The notes under the pieces were generated by a model, which made no database searches, was not told the DNA's origin, and saw only the letters and a program-made list of their open reading frames with translations. Source: a virus. Taken from it: a DNA stretch of 64,000 bases. Numbering within the stretch: the stretch's first letter is position 1; each line of letters opens with the position of its first letter. Shown in pieces: positions 1 through 8,052 of the stretch. The stretch is taken from IMG/VR virus record IMGVR_UViG_3300029787_004704, positions 1-64,000 of that record; one strand, 5' to 3'. The translations under genes and the position numbers were made by a program.

Positions 1-198
1 TCAGCCATAGCAGTGACTTGGGCAGTGCCTAGACCTCAATGGGTATCTAGACTGTACACTCGAGTTGCTCGCACAATAGGTTCATCACGCACTTGGTCAT
101 AACTGGGCCGTCCACACTCACGCACCAGACACTGTACACAACCAAAAAAAATCGCAAAAGCGGAACGGCGTCGCTCTGCTCGACGTGATGGCAGTTCT

Positions 199-810
199 CT
201 AGCCTCTTTGGTAACACCACACTTCGTCTGACTTGTTGCGTTCTTGACGAGCATAGTTCAATTGTCGGAGTGTTTGCACACTGTGATCACAGATCTGTCT
301 GCGTTTGGCAGTCTTCATTTCGATATTGATCACAGGTTTGTGGGTTCGGATTGTGTTCTGAGCACCCATCAGCACACGATCTTCATAGCCATCCACATCA
401 ATCTTGATGAAGTCTACATCTGTGAGTGCGTAAGAGTCCAGTGTACACAACTGTATGACACCTTCTTTATCTGTGCGTGACAGGTTCTGTGGGCGATCGG
501 GCAAGTAGTTTGTGCTGTGTGCATGATCAGATAGGCCAACTTCGTGCAACACAGCATTGGAATCAGCAGGAATGTTCTGGTGCCAACAACGTGTGAATAT
601 GGGATTGGGTTCAAAACACACCACTTGATCAAAGTCTTTCTGCAGGAATCGTGTCCACATGCCCACACAAGCACCCACATCCACACAGGTTCGCCAATCA
701 GTCACATACTTGAGGGCACGATCTCTCAGACCCTTTTGTCCGTCACCCTGACCCAGTATGGTCTTTGAGTGATCTCGGTAACCAGGCATCCAAAAGTCTG
801 TGTCTGTCAT
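199..810 (-). CDS. FkbM-family SAM-dependent methyltransferase
   Basis: VDVGACVG, FEPNP and DFIKIDVDGYE motifs; start placed at 810 (ATGA overlap with upstream stop). Confidence 0.85.
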   Translation of the reverse strand: MTDTDFWMPGYRDHSKTILGQGDGQKGLRDRALKYVTDWRTCVDVGACVGMWTRFLQKDFDQVVCFEPNPIFTRCWHQNIPADSNAVLHEVGLSDHAHSTNYLPDRPQNLSRTDKEGVIQLCTLDSYALTDVDFIKIDVDGYEDRVLMGAQNTIRTHKPVINIEMKTAKRRQICDHSVQTLRQLNYARQERNKSDEVWCYQRG

Positions 811-1361
811 GCCAACCATCCTGCCAGTGCATAGCGATCATGTGCATGAGTCACTTGGGTCACCATGTGTTGCAAAGAGTTTTGGGTCACATCCATTAGA
901 ATCAATGTGCCATGCTGAGGTGGCATCATGCACCATGCATCATGGTTGGGTTGTTGCACACACAGAGCACCGCCCCATTCAGGCTGCCATCCACGATTCA
1001 GATACAGCAGGAATGCCAGTTTACGTTGACTCACTCCATCTCCATGAGCAGTCAGATAGTGTCCTTGGGAATATCTGGATGCCCACACACTCAACACACG
1101 AGTCACTGCACAGTGAGTGATTTCAACACATGCATTCACAAACTGATCAGATTCAATCAGATCGCACACAGGGTGATTCACATCTGTACACTGTTCCCAT
1201 TCATAGGTGAACGTGGGGTTGTCCAGTTGTTGACGCAGTGTGTATGGCAACTGTTCACAGTGTGTGAGCAGTGCATCAGCTGAATCCTCAGACCCCAACA
1301 CATTGTGGATCTGCCACACACGGGCACAGGGTGTGTGTATGTGATCAAACTGCAACTGCAT
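807..1361 (-). CDS. 2OG-Fe(II) oxygenase (prolyl-hydroxylase-like)
   Basis: HxD (AHGD), LYLN..W..EWGG.L, distal His and R (HMV...RYAL.GW). Confidence 0.8.
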   Translation of the reverse strand: MQLQFDHIHTPCARVWQIHNVLGSEDSADALLTHCEQLPYTLRQQLDNPTFTYEWEQCTDVNHPVCDLIESDQFVNACVEITHCAVTRVLSVWASRYSQGHYLTAHGDGVSQRKLAFLLYLNRGWQPEWGGALCVQQPNHDAWCMMPPQHGTLILMDVTQNSLQHMVTQVTHAHDRYALAGWLA

Positions 1362-1393
1362 AACAATTATGTATATCACCATTAAGTATGTGT

Positions 1394-2242
1394 ATGGTAA
1401 ACAGAGTGATTGAGAACAAATTGGAGTACAAACCTGATGGTGACTGTCATCTGTATCTCTCTATGAACAGGAGAAACCTTGTGATCACTGTGGGTGACTC
1501 ATGGTCATATGGTGACTGTTTGGGTGATCTAGGTTCACATGCATACAGACGCTCAGAAGAATGGTCACTGCACAGCAGTCTGTATCGCGATGCTAGACTG
1601 ACTCACTGTTGGGGTAGACATATGGCTGATGCACTGCGAGCTGATTGGTTCGAAGCCTCCACCAGAGGATCCTGCAATGACACCATACTGCATGAATCTG
1701 AATGGTGGTGTTGTCCAGATGCTGATGAATTCTTGGCACAGTATGATCATGTGTATCTGTGTGTGCTGTTGACCGAACCAGGGCGAGCAGACAGGTATCA
1801 CACACTCACACCAGAACCGGAAGAAATATTACGCACAGAAGAAGCAGACTGCTATCAAAGACTGCGACAGATGATCAAGCGTAGACCCAACACACACTTT
1901 TGGTTTGGTTGCAACATGACTCGATCATACAATCCCATGCACAACTCCAGTTGGAATGGCACACCATGGATGGATGTGATTGCTGACCAGGCCATTGCTG
2001 AACAGGGTTGGTTGAGTGGAGTGGCCACTCACAAATTGAATCGACTGTACATGAAACCCACAGTGAGCAAGTCGCTACAACAGTCTTGGAAACAACATTT
2101 TGTTGATCACACCAACAAGGTAGCACCTGTATGGAAGCATCTACATCAACATGAATTGCACTATGCTGGACACACCTGCCATCCTAGACCTCAAGCACAC
2201 AAAATGTATGCTGACTATGTTCTTGCTAATGCTGGTTGGTGA
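1394..2242 (+). CDS. SGNH/GDSL-like protein
   Basis: VGDSWSYG block I, GSCN block II, C-terminal CHPRPQAH; TAAGTA 5 nt before ATG 1394. Confidence 0.65.
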   Translation: MVNRVIENKLEYKPDGDCHLYLSMNRRNLVITVGDSWSYGDCLGDLGSHAYRRSEEWSLHSSLYRDARLTHCWGRHMADALRADWFEASTRGSCNDTILHESEWWCCPDADEFLAQYDHVYLCVLLTEPGRADRYHTLTPEPEEILRTEEADCYQRLRQMIKRRPNTHFWFGCNMTRSYNPMHNSSWNGTPWMDVIADQAIAEQGWLSGVATHKLNRLYMKPTVSKSLQQSWKQHFVDHTNKVAPVWKHLHQHELHYAGHTCHPRPQAHKMYADYVLANAGW

Positions 2243-2318
2243 TGGTGCCCTCACACGGACTTGAACCGCGAACCTATTGATTACAAATCAATTGCTCTAC
2301 CAATTGAGCTATGAGGGC
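2243..2318 (-). tRNA. trnT: tRNA-Thr(UGU) with encoded CCA
   Basis: GCCCTCA/TGAGGGC acceptor, D arm GCTC..GAGC, anticodon stem ATTGA/TCAAT with loop TTTGTAA, T loop GGTTCAAGTCC, ACCA end; 76 nt. Confidence 0.95.
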
Positions 2319-2813
2319 ATTGCCTTGTGTGTTGAGATGGTTCACATCGCCTGGATGCTGTTGCCATACATGATGATAGTTGTGAGGAATTCTTTCAGTG
2401 TCCTCAGGATCATGGAATGTGCAATGAACAGCACTGTCAATCTGCATCATCTGATCCACTGCTGAGTGCCACACCCACTGCTGATACTCGGCATCATAAT
2501 ACTTTGAGAGATATTGATTCACCAACTGCATCTCTTGATTGTGTTGAGCATGATATTCAACATCTGCCAATATGAAGTCATTGTGTGTTCTGGTATCACT
2601 GTCAGCATGTACAGGATGATGTGGAGTATGCACTCGCCACGGTGAAGTGTGTGCAATCAACACACAGTCATGATCTGCATGATCCTCTAACTGTTTCAGT
2701 ATCTTGTATTGACTCACCCCACGCTGACTGCGATTGGTCACGCTGACACCTAACTGCGATGGCCAACCATCAGTGTCAGCTGAAAAGGAATCTCCTACAA
2801 TCAGCAGACGCAT
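2274..2813 (-). CDS. SGNH/GDSL-like protein; last 45 nt overlap tRNA-Thr
   Basis: LIVGDSF, RGVSQ, DVNHLNTQGNALIAQLV; start taken at MRLLIVGDS. Confidence 0.7.
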   Translation of the reverse strand: MRLLIVGDSFSADTDGWPSQLGVSVTNRSQRGVSQYKILKQLEDHADHDCVLIAHTSPWRVHTPHHPVHADSDTRTHNDFILADVEYHAQHNQEMQLVNQYLSKYYDAEYQQWVWHSAVDQMMQIDSAVHCTFHDPEDTERIPHNYHHVWQQHPGDVNHLNTQGNALIAQLVEQLICNQ

Positions 2814-2817
2814 GTTT

Positions 2818-2943
2818 CTAGCCATTGACGTGACTGATAACAAACACAGCGATCATAAACACAACAAATATGACACAATCTAATCTGTATTTTTCATTCA
2901 GTTCGTATGGTATGAGAGGTTTCTCGTTGTAGTCCATACTCAT
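2818..2943 (-). CDS. small putative membrane protein (41 aa, not in ORF track)
   Basis: MSMDYNEKPL...CVIFVVFMIAVFVISHVNG; fills the gap between co-oriented genes. Confidence 0.45.
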   Translation of the reverse strand: MSMDYNEKPLIPYELNEKYRLDCVIFVVFMIAVFVISHVNG

Positions 2944-2945
2944 AG

Positions 2946-3485
2946 TTATTGATTTAGATATGCCAACATGGTCTCAGCATTGGTCACTTCAAACGGATCA
3001 GGATCTGAATCTTCAGTCAGTCCAGGCTCTACCCACATCTTTTCTATCACACCGTCTGTGATGATGGCTGAATATCTCCATGAACGTGCACCAAAGCCTC
3101 TGTTTTTGAATGTGGTGGCCATGCCCATGCCTTCGGTGAACTCACCATTACCGTCTGGAATAACTTTGCAGTGTTTGATGTCTTGATCTTTGCACCATGC
3201 ATTCATAACAAATGAATCATTTACTGACACACAATACACATCATCTAGTCCTGCTGACTGCAAAGCATCGTAGTGTGCTTCATATCCTGGCAGTTGCATG
3301 GATGAACATGTTGGCGTGAACGCTCCTGGTAAAGAAAATATACCAATTTTTTTGCCTTTGAATAAATCATCAGTGGTTATGTCTTTGAACTCTCCACCAA
3401 TAAAACCACAACCACCTTCTGTGATTGCTTGATCGTCACCAACTCTGCATTTGAAAGTGACTGCAGGTATTTGTTTACCCTCCAT
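2946..3485 (-). CDS. peroxiredoxin (Prx5/redoxin family)
   Basis: SLPGAFTPTCS, SVNDSFVMNAW, RSWRYS; AAGGAGA RBS before ATG 3485. Confidence 0.92.
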   Translation of the reverse strand: MEGKQIPAVTFKCRVGDDQAITEGGCGFIGGEFKDITTDDLFKGKKIGIFSLPGAFTPTCSSMQLPGYEAHYDALQSAGLDDVYCVSVNDSFVMNAWCKDQDIKHCKVIPDGNGEFTEGMGMATTFKNRGFGARSWRYSAIITDGVIEKMWVEPGLTEDSDPDPFEVTNAETMLAYLNQ

Positions 3486-3521
3486 GATTGTCTTCTCCTT
3501 GTACAATTAAAACTTGTGTTA

Positions 3522-3550
3522 ATATTAACATAGCATTTAATTTTTGTCAA
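3522..3550 (-). promoter_or_regulatory. sigma70-type promoter for the peroxiredoxin operon
   Basis: TTGACA-17 nt-TAATAT. Confidence 0.6.
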
Positions 3551-3583
3551 ATCAAGATGTGGGCAATTCTTGCAGAGGATTTC

Positions 3584-3738
3584 TGAGACAAAATGAGACT
3601 TTAACTAGACAATAACTTATAAGTGTGTATAATTACAAGTGAGGGCATTACTTAAACTCAAAACAAAATGAAGAACACAAAGGATGAGACAGGCATCCGC
3701 ACAGCGAGTATGAGACTGACTGTGATGATGCATAAGAC
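3584..3738 (+). repeat. cluster of (A)TGAGAC direct repeats
   Basis: TGAGAC at 3584, 3594, 3685, 3711; variants CTAGAC 3605 and TAAGAC 3733. Confidence 0.5.
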
Positions 3739-3885
3739 ATGACAACTGAAAAAGCCAAAAGAATAGCAAAATACTATGCTAAGAAGGAATATAGATATAT
3801 GAAAAACCACACATTCGATATAGGCCTGTTTGTAGGAACATCGGCCATGTCTGGATTCACGTTTTTGATATTATCTAACTTATAA
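3739..3885 (+). CDS. small protein with C-terminal hydrophobic segment (48 aa, not in ORF track)
   Basis: MTTEKAKRIAKYY...FLILSNL; downstream of TAGACA-16-TATAAT, followed by a GC hairpin. Confidence 0.45.
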   Translation: MTTEKAKRIAKYYAKKEYRYMKNHTFDIGLFVGTSAMSGFTFLILSNL

Positions 3886-3899
3886 CCATCAACTCCATC

Positions 3900-3925
3900 G
3901 CCACTGCGATTCTCGTCGCAGTGGC
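3900..3925 (+). terminator. GC-rich stem-loop, probable terminator
   Basis: GCCACTGCGA-TTCTCG-TCGCAGTGGC perfect 10-bp stem; weak U tract. Confidence 0.55.
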
Positions 3926-3939
3926 TTCAAACAATTCGA

Positions 3940-3947
3940 TATAAATA
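3940..3947 (+). promoter_or_regulatory. T4-type late promoter
   Basis: TATAAATA, 5 nt before ATG 3953. Confidence 0.65.
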
Positions 3948-3952
3948 ATATT

Positions 3953-4885
3953 ATGATAGTAAATTGGCTCATAGCACACAAACCAGTTAATCTGTTTATC
4001 CGCACAGCAAATGAATTCAAAAAGCAGATTGCAGAAGCAACGAACGGTGAAATTGAAATAGTAATTCACGAAAAAGAGTCTGAACTTGTGTTTGAAGCAG
4101 AGACAGGCAAGAACTGTGTCACAGCATTACAAGACAACGATTTTCAAATGAGTCAGACAGAAGTATACCTAATTGGACAGATGCATCCAGACACACAAGA
4201 CTTTCTAGCACTAGACCTACCATATTTGTTTGAGTCGCATGATCACTGTTCAGCAGTAATGGAAGGATCAGTAGGCGATGCATTGAATAGAAGACTATCT
4301 AAAACTTTTGATGTTACAGGACTTGCATACACTTATTCAGGTGGATACAGAAACATTGGAGCTGACACACCAGTAACAAGTCTAGTAGACCTGCAAGGTC
4401 AAAAAGTTAGAGTTGGTGGTAATCCTGTAAATCAAGACTTTATGCGAGAACTAGGAGCAACACCTAGCAGAGATAGGATAGAAGGCGAAAACGGTTTATG
4501 GATTGAGAACATCAGCGACATTGATGTAAAAGCAGTTGAAAACACATACACTAGATTTCCTGAAGCCAAGTATTGGTACAGAACTAATCACAATATGTTC
4601 TTAACAGACATAATGGTATCAAACAAGTTTTGGAACACACTGACTCCTGAACTACAAAAAACATTTAAAGACACAGCAGTAAAAGTTGCAAGACTTGAAA
4701 GAGCATGGTCAGAAGAAGATCATGATGCCTTCGAAGAGTCTGCACAACTACATGGCAAAACAATAACGCCAGTTACTCAAGAAGACAAAGTCACAATGAA
4801 ACAAAAAGCAAAACCTGTCTATGACAAGTGGAGCAAAATTATCACGCCTGGTTTGCTAGACGCTATATCTAACACTAAACATTAA
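3953..4885 (+). CDS. dctP: TRAP transporter solute-binding protein (DctP family), no signal peptide
   Basis: LDLPYLF.S.DH, GGYRNI, DLQGQKVRV, KFWNTLTPELQK DctP motifs. Confidence 0.8.
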   Translation: MIVNWLIAHKPVNLFIRTANEFKKQIAEATNGEIEIVIHEKESELVFEAETGKNCVTALQDNDFQMSQTEVYLIGQMHPDTQDFLALDLPYLFESHDHCSAVMEGSVGDALNRRLSKTFDVTGLAYTYSGGYRNIGADTPVTSLVDLQGQKVRVGGNPVNQDFMRELGATPSRDRIEGENGLWIENISDIDVKAVENTYTRFPEAKYWYRTNHNMFLTDIMVSNKFWNTLTPELQKTFKDTAVKVARLERAWSEEDHDAFEESAQLHGKTITPVTQEDKVTMKQKAKPVYDKWSKIITPGLLDAISNTKH

Positions 4886-5501
4886 AGTTATCAAGTATAT
4901 GATCAATTGCATTGGCATAAGAACCTTTTGCCTTCTTTGCATACTGTATGGGATGACCAAACAATTCACCTGATTCAGTTGGCAATGTACATGCAGTTTC
5001 TTTGCCACACACAATAGTTCCATCTATATAATATCTAGGAGTAAGTTTCCCTGTCTGTATATGTTCCAGCATTGACTTGGTCCGTTCAAAACAGTTTAAT
5101 GGTAAGTCAATCACTACGGTTCCAACATTACTTGTGTACAATTTTTTTAGATCCGGGTTGTAGTGTGCAAACGATTCATGAGAAAACACAACAAAATCAT
5201 GTTGACACCAGTCATACTTGTGACTGTCTTCTAGCACTGTGTGAATTCTTTCACTAGTGCCAACTGTTTTTTTCACAGTGTTGAAGAAAGGCTGTCGCCA
5301 TTTTTGCGGTAAGAACAAATAATTGTCTATCATGTACAGTTCTTTGTCTGTGTCCTTGATGTGTTCCCACAAACATCTAGAAACACTACCAGCAAATGCT
5401 CCTATGTCGCACACAGTTTTTGCATCTGAATTGGCTACAATGTTGCCAAGATATTTAAATTGTCTGCGAGAAAATTGATTCCATAGTGCTTCTATTTTCA
5501 T
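4875..5501 (-). CDS. class I SAM-dependent methyltransferase-like
   Basis: VCDIGAFAGS motif I, YMIDNY. Confidence 0.55.
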   Translation of the reverse strand: MKIEALWNQFSRRQFKYLGNIVANSDAKTVCDIGAFAGSVSRCLWEHIKDTDKELYMIDNYLFLPQKWRQPFFNTVKKTVGTSERIHTVLEDSHKYDWCQHDFVVFSHESFAHYNPDLKKLYTSNVGTVVIDLPLNCFERTKSMLEHIQTGKLTPRYYIDGTIVCGKETACTLPTESGELFGHPIQYAKKAKGSYANAIDHILDNFNV

Positions 5502-5534
5502 AAGTGTATGTATCTAGTATGTAAATATCAACAT

Positions 5535-6122
5535 ATGAAACTTTCTGAATATGTAGAACATCTAGATAATAAAAATTTTGATTATTATCAAGACACATTA
5601 CAATATGCAAATTATGATTTGCCTGGTTATACTTTTGTAAAAAATGTATCGGTACCTTCTTTAGATTTCATTAAGAAAATTACCAACAGCAATCGTTCAG
5701 ATCATAAAGATGTAACCTACACATTAGGCAAACATGAATTACTAGATACTTGGGCCACAACACAATTTCCTAATTTGATGTACAAACAAACTTATGCACA
5801 ACTGCAAAAGCCAGGCGAACAAGTATTGCCACATGTGGACACTTTGCACTCACAAATAAAAAACTGGATCAACGAAGATCCTAGCTTAGCAAACATTGAG
5901 CATTCTATGGAACATCCTAATCCTAACTTCAAAGCAGTGAGATACTTTATTGCTGTTGAAGATAATATTGATGGACAAGACTTTATTCTCAACAATAAAA
6001 AATGGATATGGAAAAAAGGAGATTGTATCAAACTTAATGTGTGGACAACAGAACATCACACAGCAAACAACAGCCATGTAGACAGATACATGTTGAAAAT
6101 CACTGCTATTGAAAACAGATAA
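5535..6122 (+). CDS. 2OG-Fe(II)/cupin oxygenase-like protein
   Basis: PGEQVLPHVD, H...N, R.ML.IT; TAAATA 7 nt before ATG. Confidence 0.55.
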   Translation: MKLSEYVEHLDNKNFDYYQDTLQYANYDLPGYTFVKNVSVPSLDFIKKITNSNRSDHKDVTYTLGKHELLDTWATTQFPNLMYKQTYAQLQKPGEQVLPHVDTLHSQIKNWINEDPSLANIEHSMEHPNPNFKAVRYFIAVEDNIDGQDFILNNKKWIWKKGDCIKLNVWTTEHHTANNSHVDRYMLKITAIENR

Positions 6123-6130
6123 TTACAAAC

Positions 6131-8047
6131 ATGCGTCACATATTGCTTAGTCAACCAAATTTTAGAACAGGCCAAGGATCATTTGAATCATACTGGTTGC
6201 CCTATTCTGTGGGGTGCCTATGGGCCTATGCCCAACAGCATGACACCATAAGATCTGCATATACAGTGCGAGACATTGTGTTCCGTAGGCATGACATTGA
6301 CTCATATGTGGGTGATCTTGAGTCAGTGGATGTGGCATTTTTCTCTCTGTATATGTGGAACAGGAACTATCAACATCATCTTGCTCGTGCTGTTCGAGCC
6401 AAGTATCCTCACTGTGTGATTGTGTACGGTGGACCTGAAGTTCCAAATCCTATGCCTGCTGATTGGTTAGACACACACCCATGGATTGACACAGTGGTGC
6501 TTAACGAAGGCGAACTTCCTTTTGTTGACATACTAAACACTTTGGCTGATGGCGACACTGTGGCAACTCAGTATGAAGGGTCTCGCATGACTGATCTAGA
6601 TGTGCCATCGCCCTACACCACAGGCGTGTTTGATTCTATCATTAGGTCAAATCCAGAAGTGCAGTTCAACGCCACCATAGAAACCAACAGAGGCTGTCCG
6701 TTCTCTTGCACATTCTGTGACTGGGGATCACTTACATATTCTAAGATAAAACAGTTTCCTATGCACAAGGTTATGGCAGAACTAGACTGGGTGGCTCGAA
6801 ATCGCTTGGAGTACATCACTATTGCTGATGCTAACTTTGGTGTGTTGTTCAAACGCGACATGCAGATCACTGATCGATTGATTGAACTGCAACAGAACAC
6901 AGGTTATCCTACTGTGGTAAATGCAACATGGTACAAGAATTCATCGGAACAGGTACTGGAGATTGTAAAAAAGTTTGCAGGATCAGGATTCAACAGAGGC
7001 ATGACCCTATCTATGCAAAGCATGGATGACACAGTATTGGAAAATATCAAACGCAAAAACATGGAGATATCCAATCTCAAACATATTTTTGATCAGTGTA
7101 ACAGACAGGACATAAAGAGTTACACAGAACTTATCTTAGGTCTGCCACACGAAACATATGATACATGGTGTGATGGTTTGTGTAGTGTGATTGAAGCAGG
7201 ACAGCATGGGGCTATAGAAACTTGGCTATGCCAGATATTGATCAACGCAGAACTAAACACACCACAACAGAAAGAAGAGCATGGCATATCTACTGTTACA
7301 GTGTATGACTATGTGACTGCCAATTTAGATTCAGATGGCATATCAGAAACTTCAGAACTGATCAATTCAACCAAATACATGAATACGGATCAGATGATTG
7401 AATCATGGACATATGGTTGGATGATCATTAACTTCCATTGTTTTGGTTGGAGTCAAGTGTACACGAGACTAGCCAATCAACGTGGTGTGTCTTACAGAGA
7501 GCAGTATGATCTACTGTTTAAACAAATACGTGAAGATGTTGGTATAGTGGGCCATACATACAGACAAGCAATGGCTACAATTGATCAGTATCTACGCACA
7601 GGCAAAGGTGCATCAGCTGGACACATGATACAGTATCGAGCACAATCTCAATTACATCTGCATCGCGCCGAGGTGATTGCATTTATTGATTCTGTGTTTA
7701 CTGCTGAATATCTCAATCTCACACCAAATCAGTATCTAGATCTACAGCAGTATCAACATGCATACACCACTGATCCAAACGCAACATATCCTTATAGTCT
7801 GCAGTTGAAACACAATTGGCCAGATGTATTGTTGGGAGATGACATTGTGGAGACAAACTCCGGTGAGTATATCGTGGACTGTCTTGAACATAATGTGCCA
7901 CCGGACGAATATGTAAATAGATTGTATTATCGTAGACGTCAAGGATGGGGCAAGTCTGTGATAACTAAAACAAATATAGTGTCCCAAACAGATTCAAATT
8001 GGCAAGCTATTGATTACAAATCAATTGCTCTATCAACTCCAGCGTAA
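6131..8047 (+). CDS. B12-binding radical SAM protein
   Basis: N-terminal B12-like domain (FSLYMWN, YGGPEV), ETNRGCPFSCTFCDWG, DANFG, ELILGLP.ET. Confidence 0.9.
   Translation: MRHILLSQPNFRTGQGSFESYWLPYSVGCLWAYAQQHDTIRSAYTVRDIVFRRHDIDSYVGDLESVDVAFFSLYMWNRNYQHHLARAVRAKYPHCVIVYGGPEVPNPMPADWLDTHPWIDTVVLNEGELPFVDILNTLADGDTVATQYEGSRMTDLDVPSPYTTGVFDSIIRSNPEVQFNATIETNRGCPFSCTFCDWGSLTYSKIKQFPMHKVMAELDWVARNRLEYITIADANFGVLFKRDMQITDRLIELQQNTGYPTVVNATWYKNSSEQVLEIVKKFAGSGFNRGMTLSMQSMDDTVLENIKRKNMEISNLKHIFDQCNRQDIKSYTELILGLPHETYDTWCDGLCSVIEAGQHGAIETWLCQILINAELNTPQQKEEHGISTVTVYDYVTANLDSDGISETSELINSTKYMNTDQMIESWTYGWMIINFHCFGWSQVYTRLANQRGVSYREQYDLLFKQIREDVGIVGHTYRQAMATIDQYLRTGKGASAGHMIQYRAQSQLHLHRAEVIAFIDSVFTAEYLNLTPNQYLDLQQYQHAYTTDPNATYPYSLQLKHNWPDVLLGDDIVETNSGEYIVDCLEHNVPPDEYVNRLYYRRRQGWGKSVITKTNIVSQTDSNWQAIDYKSIALSTPA
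8007..8032 (+). repeat. 26-bp exact copy of a tRNA-Thr segment (matches 2274-2299)
   Basis: CTATTGATTACAAATCAATTGCTCTA at both positions. Confidence 0.9.
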
Positions 8048-8052
8048 CTGGA

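Noticed and set aside
36-254. 72-aa ORF and GC-rich patch at the window start
   Set aside because: No recognisable motif and upstream context is outside the window; cannot be supported.
2274-8032. Active integrative element bounded by tRNA repeats
   Set aside because: No integrase or transposase in the window and the repeat is not the usual tRNA 3' end; kept only as a scar hypothesis.
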